This document shows, piece by piece, positions 45,629 through 56,229 of a stretch of 64,000 nucleotides of DNA. The stretch is from Vicinamibacterales bacterium (GTDB lineage Bacteria; Acidobacteriota; Vicinamibacteria; Vicinamibacterales; UBA8438), in the NCBI GenBank assembly GCA_965247955.1, contig OZ252042.1, forward strand, positions 2,032,323-2,096,322, read 5' to 3'. Under the pieces are notes generated by a model, which did not search any database, was not told the origin of the DNA, and saw only the letters and a program-made list of their open reading frames with translations. Made by a program: the position numbers and the translations under genes. How positions within the stretch are numbered: the stretch's first letter is position 1; each line of letters opens with the position of its first letter.

Positions 45629-46930
45629 GTGAAAGCTTCACTTCAAGATCGGATCCGAGACCGAATAGCGCCGATCGGTGTTATCGGCCTTGGTTACGTG
45701 GGGCTTCCGCTCGCCGTCGAGTTCGCCCGTGCGGGGTTCGTTGTGACAGGGGTAGACATCGACCCTGAAAAGGTCTCCGCCATCAATGCAGGTAAGAGCT
45801 ACATTTCTGACGTCGACGAAATAGAGCTTCGAGCGGTCGTTGACAGCGGTCGACTCACGGCAACTACAGATGACGCATCACTAGGCGAGGCCGACATCCT
45901 CGACATCTGTGTGCCGACTCCTCTGCGGAAGACCCGTGACCCAGATCTGTCGTACGTGATTCAAGCAGTTGAGGTGGCAGCTGCCCACCTGCGCTCGGGG
46001 CAGTTGATTGTCCTCGAGTCAACGACATACCCGGGAACGACCGATGAGGTCGTCAAGCCGGCCCTGGAGTCGAAAGGGTTGAGAGCCGGTGTCGACTACC
46101 TGCTAGCGTTCTCGCCAGAGCGAGTCGATCCGGGGAACACCCAGTTCACGACGCGGAACATCCCAAAGATCGTTGGTGGTATCGATCAGGCCAGTACCGA
46201 CGCGGCGGCGCTCCTCTACGAACAGATCGTCGATCAGGTCGTTCCGGTCAGTTCAGCTCGTGTCGCTGAAATGGTTAAGTTGCTCGAAAATACGTTCCGA
46301 GCCGTTAACATCGGTCTCGTGAATGAGATCGCGCTGATGTGTCGAAAGCTGGACGTCGACGTCTGGGAGGTGATCGACGCTGCGAAAACCAAGCCCTTTG
46401 GGTTCATGCCGTTCTATCCGGGTCCGGGTCTTGGCGGGCATTGTATCCCGGTCGATCCCTTCTACCTCTCGTGGAAAGCGCGGCAGAACGGATTTGAGAG
46501 CCGCTTCATCGAGTTAGCTGGGCAGGTGAACGCATCGATGCCGGCCTACGTGGTCGAACGGGTCGCCGACGCACTCAACAGTGAACACAAAGCGATCAAC
46601 GGTTCGCATATCCACCTGTTCGGGGTGACATACAAGCGGGACGTCGGTGACCTGCGCGAGTCACCTGCCCTTGACACCATAGCCATCCTCGTCCGCCGTG
46701 GGGCTCGCGTCACTTACACCGACCCGTTTGTACCGTCGTTAGACGACGGCCACAGCAGTTTGACGCACGTGCCGGAAGCCGAGGCGTTCAAGGAGTTACC
46801 AGATTGCGCCGTGATCTGCGCCGATCATTCGTTTTTTAATTACGAGGCGATAGCTAAACGAATGCCTCTAGTGGTGGATACCCGTAACGCACTCGCCGCG
46901 TTCCGCTCGAAGAAGATATTCACATTGTAA
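45629..46930 (+). CDS. Nucleotide-sugar dehydrogenase (UDP-N-acetyl-hexosamine dehydrogenase-like, WbpA/WecC type)
   Basis: IGVIGLGYVGLPLAVEFA...VPTPL...ESTTYPGTT...GGHCIPVDP... Confidence 0.75.
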   Translation: MKASLQDRIRDRIAPIGVIGLGYVGLPLAVEFARAGFVVTGVDIDPEKVSAINAGKSYISDVDEIELRAVVDSGRLTATTDDASLGEADILDICVPTPLRKTRDPDLSYVIQAVEVAAAHLRSGQLIVLESTTYPGTTDEVVKPALESKGLRAGVDYLLAFSPERVDPGNTQFTTRNIPKIVGGIDQASTDAAALLYEQIVDQVVPVSSARVAEMVKLLENTFRAVNIGLVNEIALMCRKLDVDVWEVIDAAKTKPFGFMPFYPGPGLGGHCIPVDPFYLSWKARQNGFESRFIELAGQVNASMPAYVVERVADALNSEHKAINGSHIHLFGVTYKRDVGDLRESPALDTIAILVRRGARVTYTDPFVPSLDDGHSSLTHVPEAEAFKELPDCAVICADHSFFNYEAIAKRMPLVVDTRNALAAFRSKKIFTL

Positions 46931-47518
46931 CTGACGGATCGGACTTTGGTGAGCTTTTGAGATCAGGACTTGCCGCTCTGGTTGGCTTCCCTTAAGCTGC
47001 GAAGCTCGGTGGCAAGGTGCTAATCGCACTTTTCAGCACAGCCAGCTCCTTCCCTTGCGCCTTGAGCACGTCTAGACATTCTCTGTAACTTCTTCTTGTG
47101 CAGTTTGATCCCGTAATCCTATTTCTGACGTAGCCGGTTCAGTTTGCGGTTCCTCTGAACCCACTGGGTGGCGTAGTTACGCAGATCTGGAGCGACCTGG
47201 ATGTCCGTGCCGGTCTTGCGCTGGAATCGTCGTATGTTATACACTAGACACAGTTTAATGTCGTTGTCTCCTGGCCTATTGACTCTGTGGCGACCCTGGG
47301 AGAACAAACGGGTTCGCATATTCCTGCACACCAGCCCACGAAGGTTCTGTCGGATTCGGCCACGGGCGAAGTGTGCATGCAGAACCCCGTAGCCGACCTC
47401 AAGGGCAGAACTCGGTACCAGGTGCCGAAGCTGTGCTTAAAGTTTGTTCCGCGGTTCTCGGTCACGGTCAGTCACGCGCATGCGTGTGACTGAGAAAGCG
47501 GAGCTGTATCCTTTACTA

Positions 47519-48142
47519 ATGGCATCACACACAGCCAAGTTTCTTGTACAGGCGAGTCAGATCGCACATCTTGTCGACCAAGACGCCATAGAACGCCTGG
47601 TCGCCGAGCTCGTGGTACTCCGTGAGCGCGCGGGGCGACTGTTCTTGCTGGGTGTCGGTGGCAGCGCAGCCAACTGCGGCCACGCTGCCAACGACTTCCG
47701 GAAATTGACCGCCATCGAGGCCTATGCGCCGACTGACAATGTAGCCGAGCTGACCGCACGTACGAACGACGAAGGTTGGGACACAGTCTTCGCGGCCTGG
47801 CTGCGGATCAGTCATGCCGGTACCAAGGACGCAGTGTTGGTGTTGTCGGTCGGCGGCGGCGATCTAGAACGCAACGTGAGTCCTAATATCGTCCGAGCGC
47901 TTGATGAGGCACGGACGCGCGGGACCCGTATCTTCGGTATCGTGGGTCGTGACGGCGGCTATACCAAGGCCATCGGCGACGAGGTCATCGTCGTACCGAC
48001 AGTTGACCCAGCGCTTGTCACTCCGTACACCGAAGCCTTTCAGGCGGTCATCTGGCATTGTGTCGTGAGCCACCCAATGCTCGTTTCGAAACCACCGAAG
48101 TGGGAGAGTCTCAACACACCGACCGCGATCAACGACGCGTGA
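47519..48142 (+). CDS. gmhA: Sedoheptulose-7-phosphate isomerase-like SIS protein (alternative start ATG 47480)
   Basis: ...GRLFLLGVGGSAANCGHAANDF...VLVLSVGGG...GTRIFGIVGRDGG... Confidence 0.65.
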   Translation: MASHTAKFLVQASQIAHLVDQDAIERLVAELVVLRERAGRLFLLGVGGSAANCGHAANDFRKLTAIEAYAPTDNVAELTARTNDEGWDTVFAAWLRISHAGTKDAVLVLSVGGGDLERNVSPNIVRALDEARTRGTRIFGIVGRDGGYTKAIGDEVIVVPTVDPALVTPYTEAFQAVIWHCVVSHPMLVSKPPKWESLNTPTAINDA

Positions 48143-48672
48143 GGACTCAGGCGGTCTTTCTCGACCGAGACGGGGTAATCAACGAAACGTTTGTGCGTCA
48201 AGGTAAGCCGTACGCACCAGAGACCCTTGAAGAATTCAACCTACTTCCACGCGTCGAAACAGCGCTGGCCCGGCTGCAAGTGGCCGACTACCGGCTCATC
48301 GTTGTGACGAACCAGCCGGACGTTGGTGCTGGTCGTCAAAGCCGTGAAGTGGTCGAGGCAATGCATGCGCGGCTCCGAGACGCGCTGCCAGTCGATGACA
48401 TTCGCGTCTGCTATCACCAGGACGCAGATAAGTGCGAGTGCCGAAAACCGAAGCCAGGCCTCCTGCTCGGAGCTGCCCGTGATTGGGCGATAGCGCTCGA
48501 TCGGTCGTATATGGTCGGTGACCGGTGGCGCGACGTTAACGCGGGGCGGGCAGCCGGCTGCCAGACCATTCTGGTGCGAAGCGGTCACGATGAGCCAGTG
48601 CAGGACCAGCCAGACGCCGTAGTTGATTCTCTGTTCGAAGCGAGTAGTCTGATCGTTGACGGTCGTCTCTGA
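48139..48672 (+). CDS. gmhB: D-glycero-D-manno-heptose 1,7-bisphosphate phosphatase (HAD-IIIA)
   Basis: AVFLDRDGVIN (DxDG), ...VVTNQPDVG...CECRKPKPGLL...MVGDRWRDVNAGRAAG. GTGA overlap with gmhA. Confidence 0.75.
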   Translation: MRTQAVFLDRDGVINETFVRQGKPYAPETLEEFNLLPRVETALARLQVADYRLIVVTNQPDVGAGRQSREVVEAMHARLRDALPVDDIRVCYHQDADKCECRKPKPGLLLGAARDWAIALDRSYMVGDRWRDVNAGRAAGCQTILVRSGHDEPVQDQPDAVVDSLFEASSLIVDGRL

Positions 48673-48694
48673 TGTAGGACGTGAGGAGGCTGCA

Positions 48695-49462
48695 GTGAAC
48701 CAACTACGAATTAAGTTGTTTGCGGATGGCGCCCGTCTTGAAGTGATCGCGCGTATGGCGGCCACCCCCGTCATCAAAGGCTTCACTACAAATCCGACAC
48801 TGATGCGAAAGGCTGGCGTCACGGATTATCATGCATTCGCTCGCGAGGCGCTGGCGCTGGTGCGTGACCGGCCGATATCGTTCGAGGTTTTCTCAGATGA
48901 CTTCGACGAAATGGAGCAGCAGGCCTTCGAAATCGCATCATGGGCCGACAATGTCTTCGTTAAGATACCGGTGACTAACACGCGGGGAGAGTTCTCCGGA
49001 CAGCTCCTGCGTCGCCTGTCGTCGAGGGGGGTGCAGCTCAACGTTACGGCACTCTTGACCGCGGAGCAGGTCACACGTGTAGCCGAATGTCTTGAGGTCG
49101 GAACCCGTAACTTCGTGTCGGTCTTCGCCGGACGAATTGCCGACGCCGGCTGCGATCCGGTGCCGATTATCGAAGAATCGTTGACACAGTTGGTGCCGCT
49201 GCCTTTTACTGAGCTCATCTGGGCAAGTCCACGCGAGGTCTTCAACGTCGTACAGGCCGATACCGTGGGGTGCCACATCATAACAGCGACTGATGACGTG
49301 CTCGCCAAGCTACCTATTCTTGGAAAAGATCTGGATGAGTTCTCGCTCGAGACGGTTCAGATGTTCAGACGTGATGCCGTGGCAGCGGGGTACACGATCG
49401 AGCTCTCCAAGTCCACGTCCCCACGGAAGCGCACGAAGACCAGACCGGCGGCAGCGCGATGA
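48695..49462 (+). CDS. Transaldolase/fructose-6-phosphate-aldolase family protein
   Basis: RBS gtgaggagg. ...KLFADGA...IKGFTTNPTLMRKAG...FVKIPVT..G...LNVTALLT... Confidence 0.65.
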   Translation: MNQLRIKLFADGARLEVIARMAATPVIKGFTTNPTLMRKAGVTDYHAFAREALALVRDRPISFEVFSDDFDEMEQQAFEIASWADNVFVKIPVTNTRGEFSGQLLRRLSSRGVQLNVTALLTAEQVTRVAECLEVGTRNFVSVFAGRIADAGCDPVPIIEESLTQLVPLPFTELIWASPREVFNVVQADTVGCHIITATDDVLAKLPILGKDLDEFSLETVQMFRRDAVAAGYTIELSKSTSPRKRTKTRPAAAR

Positions 49463-50484
49463 AGTCCCTTGCTGAGAAGAAGGATTGTTTAGGCAAAGTC
49501 TTGGTGACCGGTGGTGCCGGGTACGTTGGGTCAGTGCTTGCACCAAAGCTGCTGGCGGCCGGCTATGACGTGGTCGTCTACGATTTGATGCTATTTGGCG
49601 ATCAGGGGCTCGTGCCAGATCCGCGGTTGCAAATTGTACGCGGAGACATCCGTGACATGGTAGCGCTGAGGCACGTGCTTGCTGGAGTCGACAGCGTGAT
49701 CCATTTGGCGGCCATAGCCAACGATCCGAGTTTCGAACTCGACCCGGAGCTGAGTCGGTCGATTAACTACGACTGCTTCGAACCGCTGGTCGTTGCGTGC
49801 CGCGACGCGGGGGTTAAGAGGTTCATCAACGCCTCGACCAGTTCAGTCTATGGCGTTAGTGACGCGCCGGAGGTGACAGAGGAGCACCCGTTGGTTCCGG
49901 TGAGTGAGTACAACAAGTACAAGGGGTTGGCTGAGCCGATCCTGTTGAGATATCAAGCTCGGGACTTCACGACGGTGATCATTCGGCCTGCCACCGTCTG
50001 TGGTTACTCTCCTCGGATGCGGCTCGACCTGACTGTTAACATCCTGACCAATCACGCCGTCAACCGTGGCAAGATCACCGTGTTCGGCGGCGCTCAGAAG
50101 CGGCCGAACATTCACATCGACGACATTGCTGAGCTTTACGTCGAGCTTCTTACTATGCCGGCGGCGAAAATCGGCGGGGAGATCTTTAACGCCGCATATC
50201 AGAACAATACGGTGCTCGAGTTGGCGAACATTGTGAAAGATGTCGTCGAGCAAGAGATGTCCGAGATGGCTCCAATCGCTCTCGAGACCACACCCAGCGA
50301 CGATCCACGTTCGTATCACGTAACGTCACGCAAGATTAATGAGCAGCTCGAGTGGAAGCCTAAGCGGAACATTAAGGATGCTGTGCGCGATGTTTGCGCA
50401 GCGTTCCGCGCCGGTAAGCTGCCAGGCAGCATGGACGACCCGCGGTACTTCAACGTGAAGGCCACACAGCTGGCACTTACATGA
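49459..50484 (+). CDS. NAD-dependent epimerase/dehydratase (SDR)
   Basis: VLVTGGAGYVGS...STSSVYG...YNKYK (YxxxK). Confidence 0.75.
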   Translation: MKSLAEKKDCLGKVLVTGGAGYVGSVLAPKLLAAGYDVVVYDLMLFGDQGLVPDPRLQIVRGDIRDMVALRHVLAGVDSVIHLAAIANDPSFELDPELSRSINYDCFEPLVVACRDAGVKRFINASTSSVYGVSDAPEVTEEHPLVPVSEYNKYKGLAEPILLRYQARDFTTVIIRPATVCGYSPRMRLDLTVNILTNHAVNRGKITVFGGAQKRPNIHIDDIAELYVELLTMPAAKIGGEIFNAAYQNNTVLELANIVKDVVEQEMSEMAPIALETTPSDDPRSYHVTSRKINEQLEWKPKRNIKDAVRDVCAAFRAGKLPGSMDDPRYFNVKATQLALT

Positions 50485-51488
50485 CCGAAGCTCGGACGGT
50501 GGTCGTGACCGGTGCGGCCGGGTTCATCGGCAGCCACATGGTGGATCTTGCGCTGGCGCGAGGGTGCCGTGTGCGCGCGCTCGATAGTCTCGTGACTGGT
50601 CGACGTGCCAACCTTGCGCACGTTGAGGGCCAGCCGGGTTTCACGTTTCACGTTGTCGACCTTCGGGACCTTTCCCCAGAGTCTGAGCTGTTTGAGGGAG
50701 TTGACTTCGTCTTCCATTTTGCTGGTATCGGCGACATCGTGCCATCAATTGACCGGCCGACGGATTATTTATCAACAAACGTAATGGGTACGGTCCACGC
50801 GCTCGAGGCGGCGCGGCACGCGGGTGTCCGTAAGTTCGTGTACGCGGCATCTTCTTCCTGCTATGGGCTTGCCACCGAACTCCCGACGACCGAAAGGGCT
50901 CCCATCTCTCCAGAGTATCCATACGCTCTCAGCAAGTATCAGGGTGAGCAGGCAGTGCTGCATTGGGGGCAGGTCTACGAGTTGCCAGTCGTCTCGATCC
51001 GGATCTTCAACGCCTATGGGCCACGGTCCCGGACTACCGGTGCGTACGGCGCAGTGTTCGGAGTCTTCCTGGCGCAGAAGCTGGCTGGAAAACCGTTCAC
51101 GGTTGTCGGCGACGGAACGCAGACGCGCGACTTTGTGTTTGTCACCGACCTCGCTCGAGTCTTCCTTATCGCAGCCGAGTCAGAGCGTGTTCAGGAGGTC
51201 TACAACATCGGCGCTGGCCAGCCCCAGTCAGTCAACCGGCTCGTCGAACTGCTCGGTGGGGAGGTCGTTTACCTACCCAAGCGTCCTGGCGAGCCCGACT
51301 GCACCTGGGCCGACATCACAAAGGCTGGGGTCGAGCTCGGCTGGGCGCCGGAGGTACCGTTCGAGGAGGGCTTGTCGCAGATGCTTGCTCAGATCGATTA
51401 CTGGCGCCACGCGCCAGTCTGGGATCTGGATTCAATCGCGGCTGCTACGAAGAGCTGGTTCTCCACGTTGTCGGATAAGCACTCATGA
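50481..51488 (+). CDS. NAD-dependent epimerase/dehydratase (SDR)
   Basis: VVVTGAAGFIGSH...ASSSCYG...YALSK (YxxxK). ATGA overlap. Confidence 0.75.
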   Translation: MTEARTVVVTGAAGFIGSHMVDLALARGCRVRALDSLVTGRRANLAHVEGQPGFTFHVVDLRDLSPESELFEGVDFVFHFAGIGDIVPSIDRPTDYLSTNVMGTVHALEAARHAGVRKFVYAASSSCYGLATELPTTERAPISPEYPYALSKYQGEQAVLHWGQVYELPVVSIRIFNAYGPRSRTTGAYGAVFGVFLAQKLAGKPFTVVGDGTQTRDFVFVTDLARVFLIAAESERVQEVYNIGAGQPQSVNRLVELLGGEVVYLPKRPGEPDCTWADITKAGVELGWAPEVPFEEGLSQMLAQIDYWRHAPVWDLDSIAAATKSWFSTLSDKHS

Positions 51489-53037
51489 CGATGAAGCCGA
51501 AGACGAACAACTACCAAAGAAAAATCAAAACACGTGAGGAGCTTCGTGAAGTTATTGGTACGCGGCCACGCACTCGAAAGGTCATCATGTGCATGGCACG
51601 TTCGACCTTGTCCATCCTGGACACGTTCGGCACTTGATGTATGCAAAGAGCAAAGCAGAGATTCTTGTTGCGAGCCTTACCTGCGACGCCTTCATTGCCA
51701 AGGCACACTTTCGTCCGTTCGTGCCGCAGCAACTTCGTGCGATGAATCTTGCTGCGCTCGAAATGGTCGACTATGTGCTGATTGACGAGAACGAGACCCC
51801 TGTAGTCAACATTAACTTTCTGCAGCCGGATTATTTTGCAAAAGGGTATGAGTACTTTGATGGCGTGGTTGGGCCGAAGACGCAGGAAGAAATCGATGCA
51901 CTGAGCAGCTTCGGTGGTGAAGCGATCTTTACACCTGGTGACATCGTATTCTCATCTTCCGCGTTCATCGAAAACGCGCGCCCAAACATTGCTGCCGAGA
52001 AGCTTCTGACACTGATGGAGTCGGAGTCCGTCACTTTTAATGATTTGAGAGCGACGCTCGATAAGTTTGCAGGTCTTCGGGTGCATATTCTAGGTGACAC
52101 GATCGTCGACTCGTATATATACGGCTCGACCATCGGCAGTAGCACAAGTAAGACTCCGACACTGAGTGTTCGGTATGAGCGTGAAGTCGACTACGTTGGC
52201 GGTGCTGCCGTTGTCGCTAGACATGTTAGGCAAGCAGGCGCCGAAGTTATCTTCACGACCGTTTTGGGGGATGATGCGCGGAAGGATTTCGTGCTAGAGG
52301 AAATGAATAAGTACGGGATTCAATGTCGAGCCATCGTCGATAGTACACGTCCAACGACGCAGAAGAATGTCTTTATTGCTGACAGTTATCGATTACTCAA
52401 GATCGACAAGGTCGACAATCGGTCGATCTCTGAAACGATCCGCGATGAGATTGTGACCTATCTGCGCGACCAGACGGTCGACGCCTATATATTTAGCGAT
52501 TTTCGGCACGGCATCTTTAGCCGTGCGACGACGCCGATATTCATCGACGCTTTGGATGCAAGAGCTCTCCGTATAGCGGACAGTCAGGTGGCGAGTCGGT
52601 GGGGAAATATTCTGGAGTTCGAAGGGTTTGATCTCATCACGCCGAACGAGAAGGAAGCGCGTTTTGCTATGGGCGACCAAGACTCCGTAATTCGACCGTT
52701 GGCGCTTGAGCTCTACAAGCGTGCGCGGTGTAAGACGCTGATACTCAAGATCGGCGATCGCGGCATCCTTACCTACAGGGAGGGTAGCAACGATGTCCGA
52801 GCGTTCTTCTCGATCGACAGTTTTGCAACCCACGTAGTCGATCCGGTGGGTGCCGGCGACGCGCTCCTCTCCTATGGAGCGCTGAGTCAGGTGGCGAGCC
52901 GGTGTCCCGTGCAGTCTTCAATCATTGGTAGTCTTGCGGCGGCAGTCGAGTGTGAACGGGAGGGCAACCGTCCGGTGAGCCAAGAGGAAGTTCTGGCGAA
53001 GATGAGCCTCATCGAGCGGCAGGTGAATTACGAATGA
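51485..53037 (+). pseudogene. Bifunctional heptose-phosphate nucleotidyltransferase/kinase (HldE-like, domain order reversed), frameshift near 51589
   Basis: Frame 2: MTMKPKT...KIKTREELREVIGTRPRTRKVIM. Then frame 1: (V)HGTFDLVHPGHVRHL (cytidylyltransferase HxGH). The C-terminal half is a PfkB kinase (...DPVGAGDALLS...). Confidence 0.7.
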
Positions 53038-54011
53038 GAGTTGTGATCGTCGGCTTGGGCGTGCAAGGGAAGAAGCGACAACGTATTGCTGGAGCCGATG
53101 TCGTAGCGACCGTCGATCCAGTAGTGAACGTTGCGGACTTCACGAAGATCGAGGAGGTGCCGCTCAAGACCTACGATGCCGCGTGCGTCTGCACGCCTGA
53201 CGATACCAAGATTCAGCTCGTAGAGTACCTCCTTAACTGTGGAAAGCACGTTCTCGTTGAGAAGCCTCTACTGGCTGTGCATGATGATGTGCTAGTGCGC
53301 CTGGACGAAGCTCATCGTCGAATGGGAAGCGCGTGTTACACGGCGTACAACCACCGCTTTGAACCGCACCTGGTCCGCCTTAAGGAGTTCATTGACGCAC
53401 AGGACATTGGCGACGTGTACCTGGTGCGGGGGTTCTACGGCAATGGGACTGCCCGCGATGTCAAGGGTTCACCCTGGCGTGACCGGGGCCTGGGTGTTGT
53501 GGCGGATCTTGGGTCTCACTTGCTCGATTTGGCGTTGTTCTGTTTCGGTCGTCCCCCGGGTCTACCAGAAGTATGGAGTGCCAACAGATTTGAAAACGCT
53601 GCTTTTGATCACGTTACCTTTGGGTTTTCCGGACGTCCTGTGATGGAGTTGGAGGCAACATTACTATCGTGGCGAAACAGTTTTCGCTGGGACGTTTACG
53701 GGGAGACTGGCAGCGCGCACGTGGACTGCCTGTGTAAGTGGGGGCCAAGCACGCTCACGGTCAGGAAGCGTGTGTATCCGAGTGGAAGGCCACAGGAGGA
53801 CACGCAGAGTTTAAGCCAAGCTGATCCGACGTGGGAGGCTGAGTACCAGTATTTTAAGCAACTCTGCCGTTCGGGTGGGACCAATCTAGAGAACGATCGA
53901 TGGATAAACCTGATGCTGCAGCATATTGCGCGCGCTCTGACGGTTCCGTTTGGGGATGTGGTGGCTGACGTTAGCGCGCACGCGTCCAGTAGGCGTGGTC
54001 TCGCGACATGA
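53034..54011 (+). CDS. Gfo/Idh/MocA-family oxidoreductase
   Basis: MRVVIVGLGVQGKKR...CTPDDTK...GKHVLVEKPL... Confidence 0.7.
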   Translation: MRVVIVGLGVQGKKRQRIAGADVVATVDPVVNVADFTKIEEVPLKTYDAACVCTPDDTKIQLVEYLLNCGKHVLVEKPLLAVHDDVLVRLDEAHRRMGSACYTAYNHRFEPHLVRLKEFIDAQDIGDVYLVRGFYGNGTARDVKGSPWRDRGLGVVADLGSHLLDLALFCFGRPPGLPEVWSANRFENAAFDHVTFGFSGRPVMELEATLLSWRNSFRWDVYGETGSAHVDCLCKWGPSTLTVRKRVYPSGRPQEDTQSLSQADPTWEAEYQYFKQLCRSGGTNLENDRWINLMLQHIARALTVPFGDVVADVSAHASSRRGLAT

Positions 54012-55312
54012 TCGGTTTTGCCGGCCTCTCCCATCTAGGTCTCGTCTCGGGCATCGCGGCGGCAGCGAAATCAGGTGAGCCGGTTCGAGCCTACGATCCG
54101 GATCCATTGCTTTGTGAGCAGTTGCGTCGCGGAAGGCTGCCTATTGTCGAGCCTGAACTTGACGCGTTGATGGCCCGCTGCAACGACAAACTACGGTTCG
54201 ACACCGATCTCACCGCACTAGCTGAGTGCAACGTGATCTATCTCGCAATGGATGTGCCGACCGATCATGAGGGCAATAGCGAGCTAGCGCCGGTACGATC
54301 GCTTGTCGAACGTGTCGCTGGCGTTGCATCTCCAGGAACGGCACTGGTTGTACTCAGCCAAGTGCCCCCTGGCTTCACGAGGCGCTTGTCGCTCAATATC
54401 GACGCGCTAGCGACACGTCAGCTACAACTTTTCTATCAGGTGGAAACGTTGGTTTTTGGTCAGGCGGTTGAACGCGCGCTTCACCCAGAACGCATCATAG
54501 TTGGGTGTGTCGGTTCAGATACCAGCGTTCCGCAAGCCTACCGCCGATTCCTTGAGCATTTCGATTGTCCTGTTTTGGTCATGCGCTACGAAAGTGCCGA
54601 GTTGACCAAGATTGCCATCAATATGTTTCTCGTGTCGTCGGTGTCCACGACTAATATGCTGGCTGGCGTCTGTGAGGCAACTGGAGCCGAATGGTCAGAA
54701 ATTGTGCCTGGGTTGCGTCTGGACCGGAGAATCGGTGAACACGCGTACTTAGTACCTGGTCTCGGTATTGGCGGAAGCAATCTTGTACGTGATCTCGCGA
54801 CGCTGCAGCATATCGCGGCCGAGACTGGTGCCGATGTGGACCTCGTCCAGCAGTGGTTTGACCTTAGTCGCTTTCGTCGAGATTGGGCGCTCCGTGTAAT
54901 TCACCGACAAGTCATGACCAAGCTGTCGAATCCCGTAGTATCGGTGTGGGGTCTGACATACAAGCCGAATACTGGGTCAATGGTTAATTCACCGGCCTTG
55001 CATCTTCTAGAGGCGTTGAGTGATTGCTCGATTCGAACGTACGATCCTGTGGCCAGGCTTGACTCTGCTTATTACCCGGACGTGGTGTCGTGTTCGAATC
55101 CAATAGATGCCGCATGCGGTGCAGATGTCGTTGTCGTTATGACCGCGTGGGACGAATTCGGACGCGTCGATATAGAACGATTGAGTGCGACTATGCGTGG
55201 GCGCGTCATTATTGACCCGTTTGGCGTGCTGGCTGAGGCTGATTGCGATATGAGAGGGTTGGACTACCATCGGCTCGGTTCTCAATACAGAGGAAACGCA
55301 ATTGCATGTTAA
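54008..55312 (+). CDS. UDP-glucose/GDP-mannose-dehydrogenase-family protein (divergent N-terminus)
   Basis: Family-like ...ESAELTKIAINMFL...GLGIGGSNL... and a C-terminal UDP-binding-like region. The Rossmann motif is atypical (FAGLSHLG). Confidence 0.6.
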   Translation: MIGFAGLSHLGLVSGIAAAAKSGEPVRAYDPDPLLCEQLRRGRLPIVEPELDALMARCNDKLRFDTDLTALAECNVIYLAMDVPTDHEGNSELAPVRSLVERVAGVASPGTALVVLSQVPPGFTRRLSLNIDALATRQLQLFYQVETLVFGQAVERALHPERIIVGCVGSDTSVPQAYRRFLEHFDCPVLVMRYESAELTKIAINMFLVSSVSTTNMLAGVCEATGAEWSEIVPGLRLDRRIGEHAYLVPGLGIGGSNLVRDLATLQHIAAETGADVDLVQQWFDLSRFRRDWALRVIHRQVMTKLSNPVVSVWGLTYKPNTGSMVNSPALHLLEALSDCSIRTYDPVARLDSAYYPDVVSCSNPIDAACGADVVVVMTAWDEFGRVDIERLSATMRGRVIIDPFGVLAEADCDMRGLDYHRLGSQYRGNAIAC

Positions 55313-56205
55313 AGCATCAAAATGAGACACCAGTCACACCAAATAGGTGTGTTGTTCTAGGAGCGCACGGCTTCGTCGCGCGTTACGTGATAAATGCACT
55401 CCGCGGCGGTGGTTCGTCGGTTCTCGAACTTTCATCGACGGATGTTGACCTTTGCCAACCAGAATCCGTAGATCAGCTTCAGGAGATCTTTCAATCTGAT
55501 GACAGCGTTGTATTCGTGTCTGCGCTTACACCAGACAAAGGTCGGGACATCCGGACTCTGATGCGAAACCTCTCGATGGCCGAGCATGTCTGCGCGGCCA
55601 TGTCTGTCTCGCCGTGTTCGCATCTCGTTTATGTGAGTTCAGATGCTGTCTATCGAGACGACGTGGCTCTCGTACGCGAAACCTCGTGTTGTGATCCGTC
55701 GAGCTTTCACGGAGTGATGCACCTTGCTCGTGAACGGATGCTACAGAAGACGGCGCAGGATGCTGGCGTGCCGTTGGCAATTTTGAGAGGCTCGCTGTTG
55801 TATGGCGCTGGCGACACCCATAATGGCTATGGGCCAAATCGGTTTTTGAGAACAGCGCTGGATTCCAGAAGCATCACCTTATTTGGAGGTGGTGAAGAAA
55901 AACGTGATCATATGTGGGTGGGTGATCTTGCCACACTTATTACATCGTGCCTTACCCATCGAAGCGACGGGATTTTGAACGTGGCGACTGGCCAGTCCGT
56001 ATCTTTTTTTGATGCGGCGCAGGTGATCGGAGCACTGGTTGGCAACGACGTTCGTATTGAACAAAAGCCGCGCGGCGTCGCCATTACTCATCGAAACTTT
56101 GATGTAACTGCATGCCTGAAGAGTTTTCCGTCCTTCCAGTATGCGTTGTTTAAAAACGGGATCGCTGAGACGCACCAAGTCGTAGTACGTACCACTGCGT
56201 CCTGA
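55306..56205 (+). CDS. NAD-dependent epimerase/dehydratase-family protein
   Basis: VVLGAHGFVARY...VYVSSDAVY...HGVMHLARE... Overlaps the upstream stop. Confidence 0.6.
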   Translation: MLKHQNETPVTPNRCVVLGAHGFVARYVINALRGGGSSVLELSSTDVDLCQPESVDQLQEIFQSDDSVVFVSALTPDKGRDIRTLMRNLSMAEHVCAAMSVSPCSHLVYVSSDAVYRDDVALVRETSCCDPSSFHGVMHLARERMLQKTAQDAGVPLAILRGSLLYGAGDTHNGYGPNRFLRTALDSRSITLFGGGEEKRDHMWVGDLATLITSCLTHRSDGILNVATGQSVSFFDAAQVIGALVGNDVRIEQKPRGVAITHRNFDVTACLKSFPSFQYALFKNGIAETHQVVVRTTAS

Positions 56206-56229
56206 CACCCCCTTCGCGTCGGGGATTGC

